DNA of 64,000 nucleotides. It comes from an uncultured candidate division WWE3 bacterium (GTDB taxonomy: Bacteria > Patescibacteriota > WWE3 > UBA101185 > UBA10185). This document shows, in pieces, positions 9,754-18,180 of the stretch; the first letter of the stretch is position 1, and the number at the start of each line of letters is the position of its first letter. A program made the position numbers and the translations under genes. Location: positions 315,111 through 379,110 of the forward strand of contig CALKWN010000065.1 in assembly GCA_938004185.1 (NCBI GenBank). Direction: 5' to 3'. The notes beneath the pieces were generated by a model, which saw only the letters and a list, made by a program, of their open reading frames with translations, did not search any database and was not told the DNA's origin.

Positions 9754-10653
9754 CTACATCTGTTGAAGACGTCTTATTCTTTCTTCTATAGGAGGGTGGG
9801 TTGAAAACCAACCCGAAACTTTTTTTTCAAAATTTTTAACGGGGCTTACGATAAATAAATGTGCGGTAGCGCCGTTGGCAGCTTCCAAAATATCGCTGTC
9901 TGATGCAAGTTTAGCTAAAGCATCCGCAAGTCCCTTCGGGTGTCTTGTTATGGATGCGGCTGTAGCATCAGCTAAGTATTCACGATTTCTGCTGATCGCG
10001 AGCTTAATCAATGTAGCAATAATAGGAGAAAGTATTAAAAATAATATTCCGATCAAAAATATTAACCCGCTTCCCGAGCCTGAGCTGGAATTCCTTCTTC
10101 TTGATCCGCCGTATAAAGCACCTCTTGTAAACCAATCCGAAATCAAAACTATTGTCCCGACCAGAATACTTACTATAGACATCAACCTTATATCGTAATT
10201 TCCTATATGAGACATTTCGTGGGCAATAACTCCCTCAAGCTCTCTTTTTTCAAGGCGCTGGAGTATGCCGGTTGTGAAACACACAACTGAATGGTTAGGA
10301 TCTCTTCCTGTAGCGAAAGCGTTCATTGAAGAATCTTGGATTATGTAAATTCGGGGTTTCGGTATTCCCGACGCTATGCTCATGTTTTCTACGAGTTTGT
10401 GTAAATCGGGGGCGTCCTCAAATTTTACTTCTCTGGCGTTAGAAATACTTAAAACGATTTTGTCAGAATTGTAATATGAAAAAACTCCCGACAACCCCGA
10501 AAAAATTAAAGCAAAACCCATAAGGGAAAATCCGCTGCCTTCAAAATAATACTCACCCAAAAACCATCCAATTGCTGAAATTACGGCAATAAAAAGCACA
10601 ATAATTACGGCTGTATCTCTTTTATTTTTACTTATCTGCTGGTACATGTTCAT
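9754..10653 (-). CDS. htpX: Zinc metalloprotease HtpX (M48); start reassigned to ATG 10653
   Basis: NAFATG, HEMSH, ISRNREYLAD, STHPP; ATGA overlap with the NUDIX gene stop. Confidence 0.93.
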   Translation of the reverse strand: MNMYQQISKNKRDTAVIIVLFIAVISAIGWFLGEYYFEGSGFSLMGFALIFSGLSGVFSYYNSDKIVLSISNAREVKFEDAPDLHKLVENMSIASGIPKPRIYIIQDSSMNAFATGRDPNHSVVCFTTGILQRLEKRELEGVIAHEMSHIGNYDIRLMSIVSILVGTIVLISDWFTRGALYGGSRRRNSSSGSGSGLIFLIGILFLILSPIIATLIKLAISRNREYLADATAASITRHPKGLADALAKLASDSDILEAANGATAHLFIVSPVKNFEKKVSGWFSTHPPIEERIRRLQQM

Positions 10654-11117
10654 ACACGATCTTTTTCTTCTTCCTTCCAGCCGAAACTGGAATACTTTAC
10701 ACCTTTTAGCATTTCGTCCATTCCGAATCGAACAATAGGAATAGTGTTTTCTGGGAGAGATTCTATATTGAACCATCCAATCTCATCACATTTTTCAGGC
10801 TCGGTGTTGTGGGGGGAACCTTCCCATTTCCTAACTTTGTAGTAAATAAAAACCCTATCCATATCTGAAATCCGAGAAGAAAGCTGCAAAAGATTACCGA
10901 ATTCTAAATCGTCCTCTAAGATCTTAACTCCAGCCTCTTCTGCTACTTCACGGCACAGAGCCTGCGTAAAAGATTCACCCTGCTCAGCATGGCCTGACAC
11001 AAAACCATACCAGCCGTCACGCCAACCAGTGTTTTTTCTTTTTTGAAGTAAAATCTTACCGTCCTTTTCAAAATATGCCAACACAGCAATTTTGAGCTGA
11101 ACTACGTGCTTATCCAT
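10650..11117 (-). CDS. NUDIX hydrolase
   Basis: Nudix box GHAEQGESFTQALCREVAEEAG; NTEPEKC motif. Confidence 0.9.
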   Translation of the reverse strand: MDKHVVQLKIAVLAYFEKDGKILLQKRKNTGWRDGWYGFVSGHAEQGESFTQALCREVAEEAGVKILEDDLEFGNLLQLSSRISDMDRVFIYYKVRKWEGSPHNTEPEKCDEIGWFNIESLPENTIPIVRFGMDEMLKGVKYSSFGWKEEEKDRV

Positions 11118-11122
11118 TTTTC

Positions 11123-11668
11123 TTAGAACTGAACTTTAACCGGTTCTTTATCCGCTTCTTCGGTTTCAAAAAAAGCTTCTTGTTTAAAACCAAACATTCC
11201 TGCAATTAAATTTGACGGGAACGCGACAATTTTTTCGTTGTACTGCCTTACCACGCTGTTAAAAAACTGTCGTGAGTAAGCGACTTTATCTTCTGTATCG
11301 GAAAGTTCTTTCTGAAGATTAATAAAACCTTCCTGCGCTTTTAATTCGGGATAAGCTTCTGCTACGGCAAAAAGACTCTTAAGAGCTGAGGTTAACTGTA
11401 CATCAGCCTCACCTGCTGCTTTAGGATCACCGGCACTCATTAAAGCCGTACGGGCCTGAGTAACTTTCTCAAAAACTTCTTTCTCGTGCGATGCATATCC
11501 TTTTACCGATTCAACCAAATTAGGAATAAGGTCTATCCTTCTTTTCAGTTGAACATCTATTTGACTCCACGCTTCCTTAATTTTTACTCTAAGGGTAGCC
11601 AAAGAGTTATATACGGATACCAGGAAAGTTCCTGCAACCGCGATTATTGCCAAAATAATAATTTCCAT
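11123..11668 (-). CDS. lemA: LemA family protein
   Basis: AWSQIDVQLKRRIDLIPNLV, AVAEAYPELKA; SD AGGAGG before ATG 11668. Confidence 0.95.
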   Translation of the reverse strand: MEIIILAIIAVAGTFLVSVYNSLATLRVKIKEAWSQIDVQLKRRIDLIPNLVESVKGYASHEKEVFEKVTQARTALMSAGDPKAAGEADVQLTSALKSLFAVAEAYPELKAQEGFINLQKELSDTEDKVAYSRQFFNSVVRQYNEKIVAFPSNLIAGMFGFKQEAFFETEEADKEPVKVQF

Positions 11669-11722
11669 AAACACCTCCTAAAATAATTAACTGCGTATAT
11701 TATATATGTTTTGGGGAATATT

Positions 11723-13480
11723 TCACTTAAGCCTAAGGTTTGCTTCTTTTACAAAATCTTCAAAATCCAGAGTATTCACGATATCTTGTTTCTCCGCCCA
11801 ACCTCTTCGAGCGTTGTAAATACCGTACCTTAGATAATTGAATTGTTCGGTAGAATGTGCGTCGGCATTTATTATCATCTTCACTCCCCATTGTTTTGCT
11901 TCTTTAACTAAGTCGTCTGTGAGATCCAGACGGTTCGGCTGAGAATTAATTTCTAAAATTTTATTGTTATCGCGCGCCGCCAAAAACACCTTGTTCCAAT
12001 CGGGATCTGCGGGATCGCGCCCGTTTATAATCCTTCCTGACGGATGCCCGATTATGTTGATATAAGGGTTTTCCAGTGCTGCTGTAAGGCGATCCGTCAA
12101 CTGCTCCTTGTCCTGATCAAAAGAGGTATGAATAGAAGCGACAGCGTAATCTAGCTCAGAAAGAATATCATCAGGCAATCCAAGAGTGGCGTCGGCTAAT
12201 ATATTAACCTCGTAGCCGAAAAAGACCTTAATAATATCCTGCTTCGAATTTATTTTATTTATAACCTCTCTTTTCTTTTTAATAATATCCGATACTTCTT
12301 TATATCCTCTGGAAGTTACACTTGGAGCATGATCTGAAATTCCAAGATACTTATAACCCATTGAGATTGCCGCTTCCACCATCTCCTCAATAGTGTTAAC
12401 TCCGTCAGAATCAACTGTGTGGCAGTGCACGTCACCTTTTATATCTTCTAAAGTTATTAACTCAGGCAAAGAATATGAAACCGCAGCTTCTATTTCATTA
12501 GACCCGTTTCTAAGTTCAGGCTCAATGTATGGTAGTCCTATAAATTTGTAAAAAGACGGTTCATCTTTAAATTCGTAAAGTTTTTCTCCTTTTTTTATAC
12601 CGTATTCAGACAAAGACATCTTTTTAGAGAGTGAGAAGTTTCTTAAAATAATGTTATGCTGTTTCGAGCCGGTAAAGTATTGGAGCATGGCACCGTAAGC
12701 TTCGGGAGTTGAAACTCTCAAATCCACTTGTAAATCGTTTTTGAGAACAACACTACATTTTTTATCACCTTGAGCTAAAACATCGGATATCTCGGGAAAT
12801 GCCATAAAATGTTTGATTACTTTTTCTGCATTTGTTGTTGCTACGGGTAAATCAATGTCACCGACTGTGGCGTTTTTACGCCTAAAAGATCCGGCCGCCT
12901 CCATGTGGGTAATACAATCGAGCGTATTCATGTAATCGTAGATTCTCTCAACAACCTCCTCAGCTTTCGAATACAACAACCTCTCCTTTTCATTTTTCGT
13001 CATTTTCAACTGGCTTATAGCTTCTAAAATATCTGATTCGGATTTTTCGCCAAAGCCTTCAAGATTTCTTATCTCACCTTTTTCAGCGTGCTCTTTAAGT
13101 TTTTCTACGGCCGTTTCACGTTTATTTAATTTAAAGGCCGCCGAAAGTTTAAACGCTTTCCTTGCACCTATTCCCCTGATACCTATTAATTCGAACATTC
13201 CGTCTGGAAGGTCCTTTTTTATCTCGTGAAATTCTTTTACAGAGCCGGTGGTGAAAAGTTCATCCAGGTGTGAATAAATTCCTGCACCTATGCCGGGAAT
13301 TTCTTTTAGTCGTTTATTTTCCCAAAGATCGTAAATTGAAACCGTGAGGTTGTCTAAAATCGAAATTGCGTTTTGATAGGCTCTGACACGGAAAGTGTTG
13401 AAATTTTTAACATCCATTGCGGCGAGAACTTCCTTAAGCTGTAAAATAACCTCTTTGTTGGGAATTCGCCTGTCTTTCAT
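11723..13480 (-). CDS. polX: DNA polymerase X with C-terminal PHP domain
   Basis: HhH motifs GIG; GSFRR; GDID; YFTGSKQHN; PHP motifs HCH, SDH, GHP, DAH. Confidence 0.95.
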   Translation of the reverse strand: MKDRRIPNKEVILQLKEVLAAMDVKNFNTFRVRAYQNAISILDNLTVSIYDLWENKRLKEIPGIGAGIYSHLDELFTTGSVKEFHEIKKDLPDGMFELIGIRGIGARKAFKLSAAFKLNKRETAVEKLKEHAEKGEIRNLEGFGEKSESDILEAISQLKMTKNEKERLLYSKAEEVVERIYDYMNTLDCITHMEAAGSFRRKNATVGDIDLPVATTNAEKVIKHFMAFPEISDVLAQGDKKCSVVLKNDLQVDLRVSTPEAYGAMLQYFTGSKQHNIILRNFSLSKKMSLSEYGIKKGEKLYEFKDEPSFYKFIGLPYIEPELRNGSNEIEAAVSYSLPELITLEDIKGDVHCHTVDSDGVNTIEEMVEAAISMGYKYLGISDHAPSVTSRGYKEVSDIIKKKREVINKINSKQDIIKVFFGYEVNILADATLGLPDDILSELDYAVASIHTSFDQDKEQLTDRLTAALENPYINIIGHPSGRIINGRDPADPDWNKVFLAARDNNKILEINSQPNRLDLTDDLVKEAKQWGVKMIINADAHSTEQFNYLRYGIYNARRGWAEKQDIVNTLDFEDFVKEANLRLK

Positions 13481-13497
13481 AATATCTATGATAGCAG

Positions 13498-13545
13498 AAA
13501 AAAATGCGGTTCCAGAAGCTTAGTTGTACAGCTTAAGAAACCGCA
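13498..13545 (-). terminator. Terminator of the 13556..13837 ORF
   Basis: Stem TGCGGTT/AACCGCA followed by a T-run on the minus strand. Confidence 0.6.
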
Positions 13546-13555
13546 GGTATAAAAA

Positions 13556-13837
13556 TTACGCAACTTGTTTACCTACTTTGATGTGCATTGTTGATCCTAT
13601 ATGTCTCTCCAGAAAAACATAACTCGGTCTTCCTTTCATGGCTGCACATATTTCTTCAACAAGCCAAAGAGGCATTTGATTGAGATTCCCCAAATCGTAG
13701 GAATACTCATTTATGTCGGAAGGGATGTGGGTTTTATTGTCCGTATCTTTACAACACTCCACCATGAAACCCTTAGCTCCCTGCTCTCGCATAAGCTTTT
13801 CCATTTCCTTAACCGGATTAACACGAAAAAACGACAT
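13556..13837 (-). CDS. Hypothetical protein (93 aa)
   Basis: SD AAGGAGG; promoter TTGTTA-17-TAAAAT (13865-13893); downstream terminator. Confidence 0.65.
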   Translation of the reverse strand: MSFFRVNPVKEMEKLMREQGAKGFMVECCKDTDNKTHIPSDINEYSYDLGNLNQMPLWLVEEICAAMKGRPSYVFLERHIGSTMHIKVGKQVA

Positions 13838-13911
13838 AGTACCCTCCTTTTATTATTTTAGGGGATTTTATCACCGACCGGCGTTTTTAACAAAAAAAAT
13901 ACCCGAATTTA

Positions 13912-13940
13912 TTGACCTCACAACAACAAATTGCTAGTAT
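13912..13940 (+). promoter_or_regulatory. Promoter of tRNA-Asp and the LysM gene
   Basis: TTGACC-17 bp-TAGTAT. Confidence 0.6.
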
Positions 13941-13954
13941 AACACCAGCATTAT

Positions 13955-14031
13955 GGGGTCGTAGCTCAGTCGGTTAGAGCGCCGCACTGTCACTGCGGAG
14001 GCCGCGGGTTCGAGTCCCGTCGATCCCGCCA
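13955..14031 (+). tRNA. tRNA-Asp(GTC)
   Basis: Cloverleaf; acceptor GGGGTCG/CGATCCC; anticodon arm CCGCA-CTGTCAC-TGCGG; GTTCGA; encoded CCA. Confidence 0.98.
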
Positions 14032-14071
14032 TGTATAAATGTTTTCTGCCCCCGAATCAGGAGGTTTTTTA

Positions 14072-14542
14072 ATGTCCACAAACAAACAGGAAAGTACAAA
14101 TGAGAGAGACGGTTTAGCCTTAATTATTGGGGGGCTATTTATAGTAGCATTGGTTTTTGCCGCTTATAACTATTTCAATAAAAGTTCTGAAGAGTTCGAC
14201 AGGGCTCAAAACGATAACGTATTTCAGGAAGAAAATGGTACAGGAGGGGAAGAAATGCAGGGTGATTTAAACGGAGATGCTGTTACAGACTCAAACGTTA
14301 CTTCAGAAACACCCTCATTCATTGCGGCAGAGTGGGTTGCCAACAACTACAACGAAGGCGACATTCAGGGAACATCGTACACCGTAGTTTCGGGCGACAC
14401 CCTTTGGGAAATAGCTGAAGGAGCTTATGGCGACGGAACTCAGTGGACAAAAATACTGGAGGCAAATAAAGCTGACGTAGGGTTTTTAGTGAACGGTCAG
14501 CAAGCACTTATCGTACCCGGACAGGTTTTAGTACTGCCCTAA
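14072..14542 (+). CDS. Membrane-anchored LysM domain protein
   Basis: SD AGGAGG before ATG 14072; TM helix, acidic linker, YTVVSGDTLWEIA...IVPGQVLVLP. Confidence 0.9.
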   Translation: MSTNKQESTNERDGLALIIGGLFIVALVFAAYNYFNKSSEEFDRAQNDNVFQEENGTGGEEMQGDLNGDAVTDSNVTSETPSFIAAEWVANNYNEGDIQGTSYTVVSGDTLWEIAEGAYGDGTQWTKILEANKADVGFLVNGQQALIVPGQVLVLP

Positions 14543-14565
14543 TTTCGATTCATTTGCAAAAAAAG

Positions 14566-14593
14566 AAAACGCTCCCTACGGGGAGTGTTTTTT
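14566..14593 (+). terminator. Intrinsic terminator
   Basis: AAAACGCTCCC-TACG-GGGAGTGTTTT followed by T. Confidence 0.85.
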
Positions 14594-14627
14594 ATTGTCT
14601 TTCGTACTGATATAATCGTGAAGTATT

Positions 14628-14702
14628 GCGGGTGTAGCTTAGTGGTAAAGCGTCTGCTTCCCAAGCAGAAGACCGCGGGTTCGAGCCCCGTCACCCGCTC
14701 CA
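14628..14702 (+). tRNA. tRNA-Gly(CCC)
   Basis: Acceptor GCGGGTG/CACCCGC; anticodon arm TCTGC-TTCCCAA-GCAGA; CCA; extended -10 TGATATAAT upstream. Confidence 0.97.
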
Positions 14703-14873
14703 GAAAGGTGGTGTGAGCACCGCAAGGTGCTTAGCAGCTTTCTGGGATGGCGGGGCGAGAATGCCGGAAGGAGCATTAGCGACTGAGGCGGGGTCTCGAG
14801 CTTTACAGATTGTTTGAGCGTTAGCGAAATACAATGTGTTAAGACTTGTGACCGAGCCCCGTCACCCGCTCCA
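14682..14873 (+). repeat. 21-bp direct repeat of the tRNA-Gly 3' end (14682-14702 and 14853-14873) flanking a 150-bp structured insert
   Basis: CGAGCCCCGTCACCCGCTCCA occurs twice, identically. Confidence 0.92.
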
Positions 14874-14983
14874 AATAGACTAACAGAATCCTTTATCCTA
14901 ACAACATGCCTGAGCTGACGACAGTGACTAACTAAAGAGGATACAACCCATCGTGCACTGACCACAAACTTTGCTTAATTTGT

Positions 14984-15385
14984 TTAACACATATTATTTT
15001 TTGCTGACTTTTGTAAATAATTTATGTAATCTTCCTTTTTCTCATGCTCCATCGAATTTGCCTCGGGGTGCTTCAAGTGAGTAATTTCGTGCTCTATAGT
15101 ACCCACCAAACCGCCTGGTGCCCTATGAATATCTATGGGGCATATAGAAATACAGCTATCCTCGGGGTGATACATACCCCAAGGGCCGAAAGATCTTATG
15201 TAACATTCAACGTCTCCTTTAATTTCTGGAAACCCTTCTGCTACTATTTCTAAAACCTTTTTTTTGTTCTCCTCAGTGGGTTCGAAATAAACAATGTTAC
15301 GCTGTGCACAGAAATCTTTTAACCCTGGGAGAAAATTACTCATAAGGTTACTATTAACTTTTTCTGAGTATATTATTTTTACCAT
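14984..15385 (-). CDS. Hypothetical protein with HExxH zinc-metallopeptidase-like motif
   Basis: WGMY...ISI...TIEHEITH. Confidence 0.65.
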   Translation of the reverse strand: MVKIIYSEKVNSNLMSNFLPGLKDFCAQRNIVYFEPTEENKKKVLEIVAEGFPEIKGDVECYIRSFGPWGMYHPEDSCISICPIDIHRAPGGLVGTIEHEITHLKHPEANSMEHEKKEDYINYLQKSAKNNMC

Positions 15386-15422
15386 TCTTTAATTTTACTA
15401 TGTACAGAAAAACTAAAGAATG

Positions 15423-15457
15423 GGAGGGAAAGAAGTTTTTTTAAACTTTTTCCCTCC
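15423..15457. terminator. Strong hairpin, probable terminator
   Basis: GGAGGGAAAGAAGTTT/AAACTTTTTCCCTCC inverted repeat. Confidence 0.55.
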
Positions 15458-15634
15458 GATGTACTACTTGATGTCCGATCGAGTCTATTAATCTCGGCAA
15501 TTGCAGTAGCAGTTACAAATGAATTTAATTTAAAGATCTGGGTGTTGAGTTAATGGTATCCGTGTTATTTTTCATTTCTTGGCAGATAGTAATGTAAAAC
15601 AAACTTCTCCAAGCTACCCCATGCCTGGAATTAG

Positions 15635-16051
15635 CTAAAAAGCAATCAAAATAGCACCGGCAGTCATCAAAACACTTCCCAAAACTACGTGCAATGTAAT
15701 CTTTTCACTTAAAAACAATGCTCCGAACAAAACCGCTAAAACAAGACTTAATTTATCTATAGGAACAACCTTTGAAACACTTCCAAGCTGTAAAGCTCTA
15801 AAATAGAAAAGCCAAGAAATACCTGTGGTTAATCCGGATAAAATTAAAAATATTAAAGTATGTTTAGAAACAGTAGAAAGATTGCGAAAAGTACCCTGAA
15901 AAAACACTATTCCCCAAGCAAATAAAGTTATAACGATAGTTCTAATTGCTGTAGCCAGATTGGAGTTGATGTTTGTAACACCGATTTTTGCCAAAATTGC
16001 GGTTATAGCAGCAAATAGTGCGGATAAAAGAGCAAATATAAACCACGTCAT
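15635..16051 (-). CDS. EamA/DMT family single-domain transporter
   Basis: Five hydrophobic helices; LAKIG, ATAIRT, YFRALQLG, PIDKLS. Confidence 0.9.
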   Translation of the reverse strand: MTWFIFALLSALFAAITAILAKIGVTNINSNLATAIRTIVITLFAWGIVFFQGTFRNLSTVSKHTLIFLILSGLTTGISWLFYFRALQLGSVSKVVPIDKLSLVLAVLFGALFLSEKITLHVVLGSVLMTAGAILIAF

Positions 16052-16096
16052 ACAAATATTCTATCACTACACATATCTGGTAGAATAGTTTAACCG

Positions 16097-16172
16097 GCCG
16101 GTATAGCTCAGCTGGCAGAGCAGTCCCTTCGTAAGGGAAAGATCACAGGTTCGAATCCTGTTACCGGCTCCA
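16097..16172 (+). tRNA. tRNA-Thr(CGT)
   Basis: Acceptor GCCGGTA/TACCGGC; anticodon loop TTCGTAA; GGTTCGAATCC; CCA. Confidence 0.96.
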
Positions 16173-16246
16173 TTTAAACTCAGCCAAACTAGACAAATCT
16201 TGTACTATAGGGTATAATTCACCTATTCCAAAATTAGGAGGTTACA

Positions 16247-16462
16247 ATGAAATTTTTCTGGTGGTTGCTTTCCCTGGTGGTTGTGGTTTTTTTGTCATGG
16301 ACGCTTTTAAGCTCGGGTAATACTAGCGATTTGTCCATTTTTATCGGATTGCCGATAATTTGGGCTTTTTATCTAGTCTATACTTTCGGAATCATATTTT
16401 CCAAAAAAGAAAAACCCGAAGTAATCCAAATGGCAAAACCGATGAAACCTAAAAAAAAGTAA
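16247..16462 (+). CDS. Small two-TM membrane protein
   Basis: Promoter TAGACA-17-TATAAT (16190-16218); SD AGGAGG; two hydrophobic helices; terminator 16473-16527. Confidence 0.7.
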   Translation: MKFFWWLLSLVVVVFLSWTLLSSGNTSDLSIFIGLPIIWAFYLVYTFGIIFSKKEKPEVIQMAKPMKPKKK

Positions 16463-16540
16463 CCAAAACCCGGAGCAGACAAGTCCCCGCTGTAAATAAA
16501 CACAGCGCACTTCTCTGCTCTTTTTTTGTGCTAAAATTTA

Positions 16541-17440
16541 ATGTATATGAAACAATACTCCAAAGTAAAAAAGGCCGTTATTGCAGCTGCAGGTTACGGC
16601 ACTAGATTTCTTCCGGCGACAAAAAACCAACCGAAAGAAATGCTCCCGATAATAGACAAACCCATTATTCACTATCTTGTTGAAGAAGCCGTAAATTCGG
16701 GAATTGAAGAGATAATACTGGTGACAAGAGCAGGTAACCACATAATGGAAGATTACTTTGATAACAGATCCGAGCTTGAAACATCTCTAGAAAAAAACGG
16801 CAAACTCAAATATCTAGAAATAGTGCAATCCATTCCTCAAATGGCTAATTTTGTTTATGTCAGACAAAAAAATCACCTTCCCTACGGAAACGGCTCACCA
16901 TTAATAACAGTAAAAGAATTAATAGACGACAACGAAGCCTTCGTTTACATGTTCGGTGACGACCTTACCCTATCAAAAACGCCGGTAACCAAGCAACTCA
17001 TAGATGTTTACCACGAGCAAAACGCCACTGCGGTACTAGCAGTACAGGAAGTACCTTGGTCTGAAGTAGACAGGTACGCCACAATAAAATACAAAGAAAA
17101 TGCTCCCTATGAATTTACTATGGAAAAGGGCTTTGAAAAACTTCCAAAAGATCGGGCACCGTCAAACAAAGTTCAGTTCGGGCGTTTTGTCTTTTCCTAC
17201 GCAGTTATAGAAGAAGCCCTAAACACTCCTACAGGTAAGGACGACGAGCTTTGGCTCATAGACATCCTTAACAGGCTTGCCGAATCTGGAAAAAATGTCA
17301 TTGCCCAGCCTATAGAGGGGGAATGGCTTACGACCGGCGACCCATTAAGATATCTTAAGACTACCCTAAAATTCGCGATGGAAAGAGACGATTTGAGAGA
17401 TGACCTGAAATCGTTTATAAAAGAAGAAATAATAAAGTAA
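16541..17440 (+). CDS. galU: UTP--glucose-1-phosphate uridylyltransferase (GalU family)
   Basis: KAVIAAAGYGTRFLPATK..PKEMLPIIDKP. Confidence 0.9.
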   Translation: MYMKQYSKVKKAVIAAAGYGTRFLPATKNQPKEMLPIIDKPIIHYLVEEAVNSGIEEIILVTRAGNHIMEDYFDNRSELETSLEKNGKLKYLEIVQSIPQMANFVYVRQKNHLPYGNGSPLITVKELIDDNEAFVYMFGDDLTLSKTPVTKQLIDVYHEQNATAVLAVQEVPWSEVDRYATIKYKENAPYEFTMEKGFEKLPKDRAPSNKVQFGRFVFSYAVIEEALNTPTGKDDELWLIDILNRLAESGKNVIAQPIEGEWLTTGDPLRYLKTTLKFAMERDDLRDDLKSFIKEEIIK

Positions 17441-17442
17441 AT

Positions 17443-18180
17443 ATGGCAAAACCCAAATATAAATACAGAGGAAGAAGATACGGACAAAGCGAAGAAGAAC
17501 TGTCAAAGAAATTTATCAAAACGATGACGGCTATAATTGCTATATTTATCTTCGTTATCCTTTCTTTATTTGTGTTCGCGCCTTTCTTCGGATCGGCTTT
17601 CGGTTTGCTATCTAAAAACCGAAATAAAGATGACGGGGTGATAACTGTCAGGGTCAGGCCTCCGACGCTTTCCAATGTCCCGAATTCTACTAAAGAAAAT
17701 AAAGTGGATTTGACAGGCTTTGCGAACGAAGGTGAGACAATAAAGCTATTTGTAAACGGCCCCGAAGTTGCTCAAACAACCACCGGATCCGATGGAATTT
17801 TCAATTTTGCTGCAATTGAACTAATTAATGGTAGAAACACGGTATTTGCAAAAGCCATTAACCAGAAAAACGAAGAAAGCGGGCCAAGTGAGGTTTATAC
17901 GATAATTGTAGATACGGAAAATCCTGAAATAGAAGTAGTATCTCCTGAAGACGGTGATACCGTGCGAAACCTCGATAGAAGAATAACAATCACCGGAAAA
18001 ATAAATGAGAAAGCAACGATAAAGATAAACGACAGAATAGTAGCCCAAAAACCTGATCTTTCCTTTGAATACACTCTCGGAGTAAAGTCAGGGGAAGTTG
18101 AAATAAAAATCGTTGCAACTGATGAAGCCGGAAATTCATCAGAAGAAGAATTAAAAGTCAGATATCAAGAGTCGAGCTGA
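17443..18180 (+). CDS. Membrane-anchored protein with bacterial Ig-like domains
   Basis: N-terminal TM; beta-rich repeats; ATDEAGN motif. Confidence 0.75.
   Translation: MAKPKYKYRGRRYGQSEEELSKKFIKTMTAIIAIFIFVILSLFVFAPFFGSAFGLLSKNRNKDDGVITVRVRPPTLSNVPNSTKENKVDLTGFANEGETIKLFVNGPEVAQTTTGSDGIFNFAAIELINGRNTVFAKAINQKNEESGPSEVYTIIVDTENPEIEVVSPEDGDTVRNLDRRITITGKINEKATIKINDRIVAQKPDLSFEYTLGVKSGEVEIKIVATDEAGNSSEEELKVRYQESS

Noticed and set aside
14639-14965. 108-aa ORF with repeated GAGDGAR
   Set aside because: It is the antisense translation of tRNA-Gly and its duplicated 3' end.
5556-16527. ORFan-associated hairpins as integron attC sites
   Set aside because: There are no RYYYAAC/GTTRRRY cores and no integron integrase. 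The T-tracts fit terminators.
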